Positions 11,264-25,150 of a DNA stretch of 64,000 nucleotides are shown here, one piece after another (position 1 is the stretch's first letter; each line of letters starts with the position of its first letter). The notes under the pieces are model-generated. The model was given only the letters and a program-made list of their open reading frames with translations. It was not told the DNA's origin and searched no databases. A program made the position numbers and the translations under genes. Origin of the DNA: Penicillus capitatus (lineage: Eukaryota > Plantae > Chlorophyta); the NCBI GenBank assembly GCA_965649825.1, contig OZ287701.1, forward strand, positions 547,101 to 611,100. Reading direction: 5' to 3'.

Positions 11264-13544
11264 CTATTTCTCAGCATATCCAATGTCTTTGACCTTCACA
11301 GAACAAAACACATGGACTCTTTTAACACCGATGTAAAGTATACTTTGAAGGTCCACGTGCCGTATCGGTCGTAGGACACAAATTCACCTCCAATCGATCT
11401 TGTATGTCTCTTAAATCTTTCCACCTCTTGCGTCAGCTCGGCACCACTCTTAAGAATCTCTTCCCTTATCTTGTTCTTGCTGAACACCTGCTCAGGCCTT
11501 TCGCTGATATGAACAGCTCATGTAGGTTATTACCTTGGAGAGTGTCACGACGGCCGGGATGCCAGTCAGTGCCGAAAACTGTGTTCCCGGTTCGATGCGA
11601 CCTCTCCGAATAGACAACGCTTCATCGATGTTCAGACCCTCCAGATTCAGATTCCCTTCGAAGCAGATCTTTCCATAGGCCAAACGACCAATCTCCACAG
11701 CAGGCACAGATTGCAGAGCATCGCGTCCACTGGAAGTGATCTTTTGTTTCAGCTCTCTGACAGTCGGTGCAATGTAGTAGCCCACTCTTGTCAGTGTAGG
11801 CAGTAACTGAGTCACAGCTTCTTCTTCGCCAGCGTCCTGACCCTCGTGTGCTGCTTTGATCAGCATCAGTGATGCCTGTCTGTATTCCTCGGCATTCGGT
11901 CGCATGTCGACATTGGCGTTGTTACCTCCTCTGTTCAGTGAGGGAGGAGTTTGGTTCGTTGCTTCCTGTGATCGGTTGAAGCTTCGAATGCTTTCTTTGA
12001 TTTCGTCAGCCAGAGAGATCTTCGACGGACGGGATAGAGTGAAGGATTCCCAACCCAGATCTGACTGCACGGCTGATTTCTTTGCATCGGCAGGACTGTC
12101 GTCCAGAACAAACTGGACCCCTTGTGTGGCTAAACGATTTCGGAATCTGCTTTCCTGGCTGAATCGCATGTACTCGTACGAAACGGCCTGACAGAAAAGA
12201 AACTCTGTAGGAAGCGGCTCGTTAGAGACAAGGGATGAAACTTACGGCTGGTGCTGGGTTGTATGTCTCTGGATCATCTTTGAAGACTTCAGCTGGATCG
12301 GGTGCCACAATGCCCCACTCCGGAAACCAATTTGGATGGGTGGTGGGATCTGACTTCATTGAGTGCGCAGGAACAAATACTAACTGCTGTGAGGAAGGCG
12401 GCTGAGAGGCAGCTGCTTGTGGGAACATGCCGCCAGCAGAGGCAGCTGTTGTCTGAGGACCAAAGAGACTCGGTGTCTGAGATTGGCGTTGAAAAAGGGA
12501 GGACGAGCTTGCAAAGGCAGACGCGTTTTGGCCAAATCCCGTGAAGATACTGGTAGATGATTGCTGACCGAAAATAGAACTCCCCGAAGAGAAGTTGCCA
12601 AAGATGCTGGCAGATGACACCATGCTGGAACCGAACCCTCCCGATGCCTGGACGCCAAACAATCCACCAGAGCTCTGCTGTGCAAACAAGCCTCCACTGC
12701 TGCCAAAACCACCGCCGCCTCCAAAGGGATTGGTCGGTCGTTGACCAAAGACAGAGGTTGATGATGACTGACCAAAAAGCCCTCCGCCACTTGATGCTCT
12801 CTGCGCAAACGCTGACGATCCGAAGACAGATGCTGGCTGGTTTCCAAAGACAGATGGTCTCGATTGCTGCTGAGATCCAAAAACAGAAGGATTTGATTGC
12901 TGTCCGAATGCAGACGATCCTCCAAATATAGAACTGCTGGACATGCCGAAACTGGGTCCAAATCCACCACTGCTGGCGGCTTGACCAAAGGAGCTGCCAG
13001 CTTGGCCGAAAGATGACGCCATCCCGGTGGAAGGCTGAGGTGTGGACTGTCCAAACATTCCACCAGAGCTAACACCAAACCCTGCGGAGCCACGAAAGCC
13101 GCCGCCGCCAAACGGGGAAGAGCCACCAGATGGCGTCGTGTTTCCGCCAAAACCTCCTCCACCAAAGACGCCGCCGGATGCCGATCCCATTGTCTGAACT
13201 TGGCCGCTGCTGCGTCTGTGGCCCTTCTTATAGTCTGCAGCTCTCAGCATCTCTGGCTGACAGTCAACGAAATCCTTCATGGCCACGATCGTCATCAAGT
13301 ATGCTTTGGCTCCACTCGATCCAGAATCTGTTGTCTCAGGAGTCCGTTCAAAAGCACGTCCTTGGGTTCCTTGAGATCCGTCTGGTGCTATGCCTGTTGG
13401 TCCTGTTTGCATTGGGAATGTCGAGCCGCTGCCTCCAAAGGGCACCATTGCTGAACTGCTCCCAAATCCTCTATTCTGCTGTCCAAATGAGCCAAAGAGC
13501 TGAGAAGTGGTATTACCACCGAAAACACTCCCCTGAGAAAACAT
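11264..13544 (-). CDS. NUP98: Nucleoporin Nup98-like (FG repeats, GLEBS motif, C-terminal Nucleoporin2/autopeptidase-type domain)
   Basis: FG-rich ORF 12222-13544. GLEBS-like AYLMTIVAMKDFVDCQPEMLRAADYKKG. C-terminal YYIAPTVREL..IGRLAYGKICFEG.LNLEGLNIDE and GEFVSYDRYGTWTFK. The last exon is uncertain (stop at 11264 if spliced, 11296 if not). Confidence 0.88.
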
Positions 13545-14242
13545 CACCGATCAGCTCAGATCCGACCAATTCTCGACGCAAACGTACTCCTGAGTTTGGA
13601 GAGGTGGGTGTCGAATTGAAGAACGCAGAAGTCGATGTCTGGCCGAATCCTCCAGGTGTCTAACAAAGACGTCGTATCGAAAAACGCAAAATCTCGAGAG
13701 AGTTACCGCCGAGGAGCCAAAAACGCTCGACATTCCGAACGCTCCAGACGACTGTACAACATAAACCGTTGAGTAAGCACACCGAAGAGGAGGAGGTCGA
13801 CCTGCGGAGGACTAAATCCCGGTTGACTGTCTGCTCAACACATCAAGGACGTTAGCGATATCGAGACATGCGGCGAAACATATAGGTTACTTGGTCGAAA
13901 GCCACCACTGAAACTCATTACTCGCGGACTGAACGGGATGAATACGTCATTCCCGTCATCATGCGTCCATGTGAAGGGAGGCGACTAATGAAACCATTAC
14001 CTCTCATCGAAGAAACAGCCAGGCATGCCATCTTATGGCCATGATTTCGAAGTCAAACCCTCTTCTCTTGCGCATGTGACGGTTATAATTTCTTTGCTGA
14101 CGCTATCCTTACGTGTTTGTGCGTTTTCAGTTCATGTCCGCACCGGCTGGACTGTTTTTCGGAGTGAAAAGACGCGCTGTCTTTTCTTGTTGAATGTCGA
14201 GATGCGTCGTACACGATCGTGCATTGCCGTCTGTGCCGATCG

Positions 14243-16389
14243 ATGTCTCTGCATTCGATCCGCCATCTGCGACATCGCAGAGGATGGCAGACGTCTTCAG
14301 GATGTTCATCGGTCGATGCGCTCTCCTCCCACGCGTCACATCGAACATGGTCCAGAACACGATGGCGTCGGCGACAACGTCTGTTGCGAAGACCACGCAA
14401 CAAAGGCGGCATGAGTTTCCTCTCAACAGAAGTGCGTCTATCTGACATCTTTTATCGACCTCTTCTTCCAGTCAAACTCTTCTCCGATTTCAGGGAGTCT
14501 CTCCAGGCCCATCGAGTGCATCGCCATCTGAGTCCTCTCAAGTCTCGAGTGGCAAGATCTCTCCGCTGATGATGAGGCGATTGGATGACAGGGTGCACGG
14601 GAGAGAACTGTCATAGCGAAAGACGACGTCGATGATCTGCTTACCGATACAACGTTCCTGAACGAGGTCTCCCGCTCCCAAGACGCAAGAGAAGCATTGA
14701 GTGTCATGTCATCTGCCCTGGCAGCGAAAGGGCTCGTCGCCCAGGAGGTTGAACTGACAGCAGATCATATGCATCAGCTGCTGACTGGATGTCTGGAACG
14801 CAATGCCGTTGAGCTCTGTCTGTCGATTTTTCGTCAGATGACATCGACACCTCGCCTCAGTGCCTCACAAGACGACTATCTGGAGTGGCCCAGCATCAGC
14901 GTGGACATGATCTGTTTGTTGGTGCTGGCACTGGCAAAGCGACTACGTGTGAATGATGCCTTGACCGTGATGCAGATTCTGGCATTCAATGTCACATCGT
15001 CTGATGCACAAGAAATCGTGTTCGGAAAGGTCATCAGTTCACCGATGCCGCCTTACAACCCATTGGCCGTTGTCCAGCCACAAGAAGGCATCAAGACTGT
15101 TGCCTGTTCTGCCTCCAGGTCACAGAGGTTGGGATGTGTGCGAAATGACTGACGTTGTGGTGGTCTAGGTACCTGTTCGAGATTTTTTCGGGCGAGGTGA
15201 CATCCATTCGATCGGAGGCAACGGAAGCATCCAACGATGTTCTTGTCTCTGTTGCCAGATTTCTGAGGCTCTGGAGGAAGCCAAAAATCCGTGCGATACA
15301 TGAAGTGATCGTAACGACGCCCGGCGGAATTCCGAGGAGTTTTCGTTTTGGGACAGAGTTTTCGGAGGTCCCCGCCAAAGAATCGGATCGAGTGTCCATC
15401 GTTTGTGCCCCGGCAGCAGCGGAAGAGCGAAACTACATCTTCTTTGCGCCCATTCCTCCGTCTGCTCGACCAGGAGAGGCGCTTTCTCTCACAAATCACA
15501 CAACCTCTCTGACTGTTCCCCTCATCCGAGCACCAGGAAAGAACAGTGTTGACACAGTCCCTTCCTGGATCTTGCCTGCTGCTATCCTCTTAGCTGGTAT
15601 GGATGGTATCCCATGATGTGACATGACAAGACGTTGTGGTACAGGGTCGGATGCAGCATCCAGCATGTTGGATCCAAACCTTCCATGGATCGGTGCCGCT
15701 TCCATTGCAGCCATTGGTGCCTCAGTGGCCATCAGTAGGTGTCCAGGGAGATATTCCCCTTGACTGTGTAAGGGACATGGCTGTCAGGTAACAGCGCTGT
15801 GCTGCCTCGGTTAAGACAACTCCCAACGAATCGTCTGGGAGCAGAGCCTTTGAGACAGGAGCTGTTGGGACGGCATCAGATACTGATCTCCAAGATCGAA
15901 GCTATGATGCAGGAGGCCTCCAACGATGTTCGTTCTCTGGCTAAACTCTGGCAACTTGAATCGAAGATGACATCTGTCGACGCCACAGGAAAGTACGAAG
16001 CCAGAATCCAACGCATCGACAAGGCTCGGCGCTCGTTAGAAGTGAGTGAGATGCACACCAGGTCACACTTTGTGTCATCCTGTGTACCTTGCACGCTATG
16101 CAGAATCGATTGACGGGTCGAATGGAATTGATGCAAGGCTATCGCCGTGTGGCTAACATGATTGAGATCGAGGTGGAGATGGATGTTGACGTACCCGCTG
16201 CCGAGGTGGAAGGCATTGAAGAGCAGCTTACAAAACTTGAAGAGGTCGAGAGTCTGCAAGCAGAGATGGAATATCAGGCCGAGGCCCAAGACGAGGTCTG
16301 TCCCCTAAAACACAACTCCTCCTTGTCGATGGATCGGCTTTCAGGTCGAACGGTTGCTGCGAACGACCGATGGCTCTATCCTGTCGTAA
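14243..16389 (+). CDS. Conserved green-lineage protein similar to Arabidopsis At1g64430 (annotated PPR-superfamily, probably plastid-targeted); start uncertain
   Basis: Motifs recognised from memory: AVVQPQEGIKTVACSASRYLFEIFSGEVTSI, HEVIVTTPGG..RFGTE, MIEIEVEMDVDV..AE, QAEAQDEVERLL. Multi-exon, stop TAA 16387-16389. Confidence 0.78.
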
Positions 16390-16481
16390 GATTTTGAACA
16401 ATGATGATCGGTCACTCTTTTTCATGTTATACAAGGCGTTGTAAGATGGAACATTCCTATACATGTGTGAGTGAGATGCCG

Positions 16482-17815
16482 TCATGCATCGTCTAACAGG
16501 TCAATGACATCGAACTCATGCTTGGATGGCGGTTCCGAGATTAACGAGGAAGGAGATGGCATCGCAGACGGTTTCGGCATGCGGATAGGTGTCACACATT
16601 CTGCCCCGAGTAGATTGACAACTTCCAACTGCGGCGATCTCTTTGCGGGCAGTGATAGATTCTTCAAGAAGGATGGCGCTGGGGCTTTAGGAGGAATGCC
16701 TTGTTGTGGGATGCTTTTCTTTGGCTGATAGACAGGTCTGGGTGTCAGACATTGTCTATCGCTCCTCTCTTGCTTCATAGCTAAGGACTCCGCTGCCTCT
16801 GTGGCATTGACGATTGGCGATCTGATTTGGACATTCCGATTGACTCCATCAGCTGTCTCTCCTGCAAAAGATGTGACAGGCGGCTGTCTTTTCGGAGGCG
16901 TGGTCGGCCTATTTGATGTGACAGGCACAACATCCGCATGCACAGGATTGGACACAGAAGACGTCGGGAGACACTCGAATTCCCAGGCCACAAGTTCTGC
17001 TTCGCTGTACATCTGATCGATCTTCATTCTCTCACTCCCCTTGACTAGACGACAAACACGCGAACTTCTTCAGTAGATGGCCATCAACAACATGCGTCCA
17101 AACCTGTTGTTCTGCTGAGCGCTGTCTTTGCGGCTTCGCATGATCGGATCAATCTCGGCACCGAGCCGCCCAACACCTCGACATTCTCAGGACAGAGGAA
17201 CAGAATCCCACGATGCACGAACACATCTGTCACCAGAATCTACGCACCTCATCGTCACACTTGTGCATGACGATATCGCTCGCACTTTCATCCCAGGCGT
17301 GCTGTTGACGGACAGCGCCTCTATGTATCTATACTCGATCCCAATGACCTGCTGTTTTCCTTGTACGCCAAAACAAGTTATGAAAGTGTGAGAAAGTGTG
17401 AGAACTACCGTCTGTCAGATGAAGCTTTAATGTTCTCCCTTTCCCCTTCTCTTCAAATCTGGTCCGCAAAGAGATGACCCAGATGCGGGTCATCGAGGAC
17501 AGGATATTACCGACCCTTCAGTGGCGCCCCGATGTTCACGATCTCATCCACTTGCAGAAAATGTCGTCCAGAGAGAATCCCTTTCGATAACACCTGATCA
17601 GCATGGCCATCCTCACTCTTCACGATCACACTTCAAATCATCGCCTGCTTCACTTTAACATTGTTTGGGAGTGATCCCGTCGCTGTCAAGTGGAAATCGG
17701 ATGCCAGAAAGGACGCTAGGAGAGTGGCGACACGATTGGCGTCCCTCGGCAACCGTCCATGCCTATCTAACGCTCTCGTGAATTCGGGATCCACCGGCAC
17801 GTGCGGTATCTGCAT
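16482..17815 (-). CDS. RMI1: RMI1-like protein (N-terminal helical region, OB-fold, disordered C-terminus)
   Basis: Spliced translation gives FLQVDEIVNIGAPL..RTLKLHLTDGKQQVIGIEYRYI..TPGMKILV..VHRGILFLCPENVEVLGGSV, the RMI1/TDRD3 OB-fold signature. No UBA or Tudor domain seen. Last exon is ORF 16482-17027. Confidence 0.75.
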
Positions 17816-17918
17816 GTTCGTCGACGAACGTCGCGGAGAAGCGTCCAATTGAACGGTACGCGCACCGGCACTATCCGTCCAGCCACGGTGGACTGTCCAT
17901 CTGGCATGACGGATCACC

Positions 17919-18876
17919 ATGCATTATTCCGCTCGAGCTGGCGTCAGAGGAGGCGCCATCATCTCCCTTGCCCGATTGAATATGCGCTCTACCGCCGCCC
18001 GCGCCAGTCCCTCCGAGAGTCCTTCGCAACCGGCACCTTCTAACCGTCTCCGCCACGGCGTTTCCACATGGAATGGTCTTCACACGATCTTCCATTCCCT
18101 TTCAAATCCCCTCCGTGTCGCAGGGTCCTCTACACAGGAAGATTTTATGAAGCACGACACTTGTATCGTGGTGGACTCGGAAGACAACATGGTCGGCAGT
18201 GGTTCAAAAAAGGAATGCCACATCTTTACTGATCAGCAACCTGGTATCTTACATCGAGCATTCTCTGTTTTCCTCTTTGACGAGGAGAAGCGTCTACTGC
18301 TGCAAAAACGTGCTGCGCATAAAATCACGTTCCCCGAACACTGGACCAATACGTGTTGCAGTCATCCACTCCACGGCTTCGATCCTCCGGAGGTCGATGT
18401 ACCCGAGGCCATTCGAGATGGATCGGTGACGGGTATACATTTCATAACATCTCACTCTTTTGGCAAAGTGTGATGCAGGGATCAAGAGAGCCGCCATTCG
18501 AAAACTGGAACATGAACTGGGCATCCCGTCACATCAATTCAGCGTACAAGATTTTAAGTATCTCACGCGATTGCACTACTGCGCCTCGGATGTACGACCA
18601 CCGGGACAAGACTGGTCCTGGGGCGAGCACGAGATGGATTACATTCTCTTCGTGCAGAAATGCGTCTCCCTTCAGGTCAATCCAGAAGAGGCGAGCGATC
18701 ATCGTTATGTCGATCTCGATGAGCTTCGTGAAATGATGAAGGCCGATTCCGGCCACAAATGGACGCCATGGTTCCGTCTGATCTTTGAGAATTTCCTGAT
18801 CTCGTGGTGGCAGGATCTCCCTACCGCGCTGTCGACCGATCGCTACGTGGATCTCGAGACAATCCATCGTCTCTGA
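17919..18876 (+). CDS. IDI: Isopentenyl-diphosphate delta-isomerase type 1 with N-terminal targeting extension
   Basis: GILHRAFSVFLFD..LLLQKRAAHKITFPEHWTNTCCSHPL, AAIRKLEHELGI and WGEHEMDYILF motifs; intron at ~18432-18478. Confidence 0.96.
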
Positions 18877-19395
18877 TGTGACAGATGTGACCTGTAAAGA
18901 CGATGTCTACGACGCCCATCACGTTTCGTCGTGCATTCGAGAATTTCTCGCTACGCTTTCGAACGGCTCGTTACTTTCTTTCTCGACTCCACTCTGCACG
19001 ACTAAAGGGTTTCACGTTCCTCAGTTGTTGTTGTTGATTATTAGTTTTGACGAATTTTCATTTTCTTTTTAACTATCTCTCTCTCGTTCTTTCGTTCTTT
19101 TCTTTGAATTCGTTGGCTCGTCTTCACTCCGTCCAATTGTTCCTCACTCCGTCCAAGAAAAGCACTTCGGTCAGCAGATTTTATTGATTGATTTCCGTCA
19201 GTCGGTCAGTTGAGCGAACGAGACGAAGTGGCATTGCGCTGCGCTGTTTGAAGAAAGAAGGAAGAAACGACAAGGACAAAGACCACCCCACCACCACCAC
19301 CACCATCACTAACCACAACGTCTACGATTACGAAGCCGGCCGCAACGACGAAGACGAAGTGTGCGACGACCAGTGACTGGAAGCGGCAGTGAAAG

Positions 19396-22300
19396 ATGTC
19401 TTACAATCCCTATTATACCCCAACGCCGCCTCACGCTTATATGACATACACTCCGGCGAATTGGAATGCCGCTGCAGCACCACCGACATCGGCGCCACCC
19501 GCGTCCGGAGGAGCAAGTAAGACGCCAACGAGGCATACCGACACGGAACGCACTTACCCTCAACGTGATGTGGGTCTAGACTCGATTCAATTCGGCTCGC
19601 TGCATCCAGGACAAGTGGTAAGACCACAGCTGCCTCGAAATCATGACTTGGATGTGGTCTGTTGATGTAGGAGGCCTTGCAATACGGCGCACAGCATATG
19701 TATGCTTATCCACCCTATCATGTCCATATGATGCCACAGCCATACTATCCTGCCCCTCCTCACATGGCGGCGGCGCCGACACATGGTTCTCAACCACACG
19801 GAGTGCCACCTCAAAGAGAGGGTCGGGGAGGGGGAGGTGGCGGCGGAGGTGGCGGCGGTAGCGGTCCCAGGAATTATGATCCTCGGCAGCGTGTAGGGCG
19901 TACCGGTCAACATCAACATCGAGAACGCAACAACAGCAACAATACTAGTAGCAGTAACAATGACCAAAAGGAGAGTGGGGGTGGGGGTGGCGGCAGCGGT
20001 GGCGGCGGACATCGCGAGACGTCCCATCACAACAAGCCAATGCGTGAGACGACGAGTCATGGACATGCATCATCTCAAATCAGTCGCTCGGCAACGCCGA
20101 CGTCGCAGCAACCACAGCACAGAGAGACGCCTCCTGTGCATCATCCGCCACCCATGTCCGCTGGATATCCCTCTCAGAGCATGCCAATGACAATGGCGAT
20201 GCATCATCCCCATTACGCTGCTCCGCCGATGCATTACTACTACGGGGCGCCATATCCGCATGGCTACCCCATGCCTGCTCCTGGCGACGCCCCAGTTCCA
20301 GATGCCTCCCAAGGATACCATCAGAAATCCAATCCCAGATATCAGTTGGAGCCCAGTTCGGCCCCCATGTCTCATGGGACAACACATTCCGTGCCGATGT
20401 CGGAAAGCGTAGAGTCATCGCAACGACCCACTCCCACGGCAGCAACATCAAAGAAACGTCTGCCGTTTGTCAACCCTAATACCCAGGCGCCACTTGGTAA
20501 GATCAAAATGATCAGTATCCTGCACTCTTTGAAGATGGATTTGTGGCAGAGCATCCACCAACAGCACAAGTTGAGAAGACAACTCCCCCATTGACGGAAT
20601 CTGCTAGTCACTCTTCCAGTCGACCCTCGAGCCCCAGAAATAAAACAGGTAAACAAGATTGCTCATTGCACGCGATGATCGATTCACAGCTGCAGTATCT
20701 GTAGCCATAGACAAAACGGTGTCTGACGTTATAACATCCTTCGCAAGAACTGAACGATCTAGTAGCAAAGTAGTCACGAGTAAGGTGCAAAGGACTGAAT
20801 TGAAGACAGGGGAATCCACAATGATCAAGAAGTCGGCGAGAACTCCTCTGCAATTTACGGACCCTCCTAGGAAAATCATTGACCCCTCTAACGTTGTCGC
20901 CCATCCTCTTTCGTGGTCAAATGAAATGTGTGGTTGTGATGTAGGGTACACATACTCTTGGATCTTTTAAGCCCAGTGCCGTGAAGAATGCCTCAGAGTT
21001 GCCTGCCATCCCTTCCAAAATCAAGGAGACGTCAAATGTAGCAGCAGATGTTCTGAGGACAGTGGAATCCGTCGAGAGAAAACTCGAAGCGAAACCGTCG
21101 CCGTCACTCCAACCCCAATCACAGCCGCCAGTAGCCGCAGTTTTGCCAACAGAAAGAAAAGAAGCTGTAGAGCATTCTGAAGTCGCCGCCAATCCAGAAG
21201 AGAAAACCAAGGTCGGCAAGTTAATCTTGGATGCCTCGGCCAGGAAATCAGTGACAAAGCCATCGGATGTCATTGCCGATGTGGTGCCAGGAACGCTCGT
21301 CGTGGCCGAGAAAACAGAAGTGAAAGCCCCTGCCAAAGAGACAGAAAAGGAAGAGGCCAAACTGGCACCACCACCACAGCCACAACAACCACAGCCATCC
21401 CCTGTTATTGTCGCTCATCCAGTATCTGTATCCAAATCGGATATCACACACGAAAGAAAACCAGAGGAGCCAAAGATCGAAGAACAAACGAAAACAGAGG
21501 AGAAAATGGAAAAGACAGAACTGGCCGCGATTGAAACAAAACGAGAGGTGGCGCCTGAGCCGAAGGCTGATGATACTCCATCCAAGTCACACTTTTACCA
21601 CGTTCTGTCAAAGAGTGAGATTTCATGACCTGCTGCTGTTTAGGAATGTCTATAGTCCAAGTGTCTTGTTTGAGTTCAAAGACAAAAATAAGGAGCCGTT
21701 GCCTGATATGGGTTCAGGACCGTGGCTTGAGGGTACGTCTGAGTTAGACAGTCCATCGAGGGAAACGTTACCACGTCGCAATTCAAGTGGAAAGATGGGA
21801 TCACGGTCAAACAGTTATCAAGGATTGTCTCGTCGCAACAGCAACAACGGAAGAGCATCCCGTCAAGCCAAGTCGGATGCAGAGGATGTCTTTCATACAT
21901 CAACCAAACAACGCGTCTACAGCGAAGATTTCATGCTGGTGGGTCATGACCCATCCTGTAAGCGTCTCTCAGTCAGGGTGTGTTTGCAGAACATGAAAGC
22001 ACAGTTTACAGAGAAGCCATCGTTTCAAGAAAGCATGCAGTGCATGAAGGATTACGAAGGTGGAATCCGTCGTTCGGGATCGGATCGATGGAACAAACCT
22101 GGCAGAAGCAACTTTGGTGAAGGCGGAAAGCCATCTCTTAGTCGTTCCGGTTCAGGAAGAGATTGGCAGAAGGATCCATCGAGTCGAAGCGGAAATGTCG
22201 TTGTCGGCGGTCGACGGATGGCACGACAGTTTTCTGGGCAGACAAGAGGTGCTGATGATTCGAAATGGGGGAAAACGGATATCTCCATGCTTTCTCCGTT

Positions 22301-24192
22301 TGCACCGACTTCTGCACCAGGCGTTGGATTGCATCATTCGGACAACAGATACGTTGTGGGTGAGAACGTGACGGATGATCCGGAAGAGGAGAAGAGGCAA
22401 AAGATCTTTAAGGGACTCCTCAATAAGCTTACACCCAGCAACTTTGCACGCATGTATGAGAAGGTATGTGCCATGCAAATGAAAATCTGTGATGTGACGG
22501 CTGTGATGTGACGGCGGTGGTTTTCAGTTTAAAGAAGTGGAGATTATGGATCCCAAAACATTAAAGGGGCTTATTGATCAGATTTTTGATAAGGCTTTGA
22601 CAGAGACCACATTCTGTCCATTGTATTCAGATCTCTGCAAGCTTTTGACGAGTGAAATGCCAGAGTTTGAGGAAGAAGGTGACAAGAGGAAGCTGACATT
22701 TCGTAGACTGCTTCTAAATAAATGCCAGAATGAATTCGAAAAGGGTGATGCAGCTGTACGCGCTGCGGAGGAGGCAGAGAAGGCAGACGATACAACCATG
22801 TCTGCCGAGGAACGCCAGAGTCGGTTGATAATTGCCAAGAAAGAACGACTGCGTTCCTTGGGCAATATGCAGTTTATTGGATTCTTGTTTAAGAAAGGCA
22901 TGCTCACCGAGAGGATCATCCATAATTGCATCGTTGATTTGCTCAGTGAAGAAGTTAAGCCGAAACCAGAAGACATCGAGTGCCTTTGTCAGTTATTGAC
23001 GACAGTGGGAGCACTGCTGACAACACAGAAGGAAGTACTGGACGCCTATTTTTGCCGAATTGGCCGTTTGACAAAGCATCCAAACTTGGAAACGCGACAC
23101 AAGTTCATGTTGTTGGACCTTATTGAATTAAAAGACCGCCATTGGGTGGAGCGCCGAGAGAAGGAAGGGCCAAAGAAGATTGAAGAGATTCACAGGGACG
23201 CTCAGATCGAACAGATGGCACAGAATTCCCGCAACCGTGGCGGCGGATTCCGAGGCGACTACGGCGGACGCAGTTCCCGAGGCGCTGGATGGTCCAGAGT
23301 ATCCAGTTCGACCTCACGTCCCATAACATCCTTCAACTCACACGAAGAAGTGAAACCCTTGACCAAGAATTTGAGCTTGGGACGCACCGCCTCGTCCGAC
23401 ATTTCATTGCGCCCAAGCAACATCGGGGCGCCAAAGTCTGCCGTTGTTTCCATGCCACGCCCACGATCTCCATCATCGAGCCATCCACCGCCTCCACAAC
23501 AGGCACCACCCATCGACGAATCGGTGGCTGAAGCATCGACGAGGCCAACGACTATGGATGCAGATGTGCTGAAACGCAAAGTGAAGAACTTCCTGGCAGA
23601 GTATTATAACAACAAAGATTTGGAAGAGGCTCTGAGTTGCATTGAGGAGCTTTTCGAGCAAAACGCACCGAAGCCAGAGATTCTGTTGAATATTTTGCTC
23701 TGTGCTCTGGATATCCGTGGTGTGGATGTGAATGAACGGCTCAGACCGATCACGCCAATCCTCAAAGAGCTTCTCTCGCGGAAGCTCTTTGCGCCGCCGG
23801 ATGCCAAAAGAGGATTGCAGCTGACGATGGCGGCTCTGCCAGATGCAGCTGACGAATTCCCAAAGGCCCCTGTCTTGATCGCCAAGATGCTGGGCTCTTT
23901 GGTCTCTGAAGGAATCATTCCTCTCAAACCCATCCTCGACACAAATGGAATTATCTTGGGTGCTGGCCGCGAAAATCTTCAGTCCGAGGACGATGACACA
24001 CCGCTTGTCGAATGTGGTATGGCCAGCGAAATTCTTATCGAAATTCTGAGGCAAATGAAGAGCGAAGAACAAGAAGACGCATGGGTCCGGGACGCCTTGC
24101 GCAACGAAAATGCGGATCTCACCCTATTCTATCCATTTTGTCAACGAGATGACACTGATATGTCAGAGGAGCTGCAGTTTCTGGACTGGTGA
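19396..24192 (+). CDS. EIF4G: Eukaryotic translation initiation factor 4G (long low-complexity N-terminus, MIF4G and MA3 domains)
   Basis: KIFKGLLNKLTPSNF; LIDQIFDKALTETTFCPLYSDLC; TFRRLLLNKCQNEFE; RLRSLGNMQFIGFLFKKGMLTERIIHNCI; MA3 region KNFLAEYYNNKDLEEALSCIEEL. Multi-exon. Confidence 0.95.
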
Positions 24193-25150
24193 TATCCTGA
24201 TTGCAAATCCATCGTCGTCGTCGTCTTCGAATGAAAGGATGTGCTCGTGATGAACCATCCAATAAGCTTTGTTGCATAATCTTATGAGCCATGAGACTTT
24301 GCACCATCCGTAATGGACTTGTGACGATCTCTGTGTTGGCGGATGCTTGTCTCTGTCATTGTCGTTGTTGTTATGCATGCATACGTACATACATAATGAC
24401 AGACAACCAACTTCCCATGGCTTCCTCTTCTGGTGTAACTCCCTCTGTTCTCCGATGCGTTGGCCTTTTGTGTATAAGCTCAAAGAGCACGAATGCATTT
24501 ATCTGTGATGTCTGTCTGCCATGATGCATGGGTGTTCTTCCTTTGTTGAGTCGTCGGTCAGAGACCAGATTGGAGAAAATAAAATCTCATAGTGTAACAG
24601 GTTTGGATTTAAAAAACAAGCAGCCGCCGCCACAGAACACAGAGACACACTCTCCACAAGCATCTGTCTGTTTGCTTCGTTGATTGGAGGACGTGTGGTC
24701 TTCTGGATCGATCTTCTGCAGCACGTGTGTCGACCAAGGATACTTACTCCTTGACAAACGCCCATTCGATAGGAGGTCCCCGATTTCGCTACTCAGGCTG
24801 TCGGTCGAGAGACATGCGAGGGAGGATGCAGTGGAGCAACTTTGAAGTTTTCAGTAAGACGTGTTGGGCCTCTTTGAACTCGGGAGTGGAAACAGTCAAT
24901 CGAGGATCTTTACTTCGTCTAAGCTTTACGATCTGGAGGGCGACGATATTTCGACATATGACGAATCCGACATCTAGAATGTCAAGGGAACATCTGCCTC
25001 GGTGATAAAGTACTTAAGACAAAGTGCATCCATCACACGACTAAAGTACTACAGATTAATGATGTGACGTATCGTAGACGTCTTGTCGCTATAGCTGTTT
25101 GTTTTGCCTTTGATGCCATCGAAAGGAATCTTTTTTTTCTCGGATTGTTG

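Noticed and set aside
12380-13663. Alternative-frame and antisense ORFs over the Nup98 FG region
   Set aside because: Shadow frames of a low-complexity Gly/Ser/Phe coding sequence.
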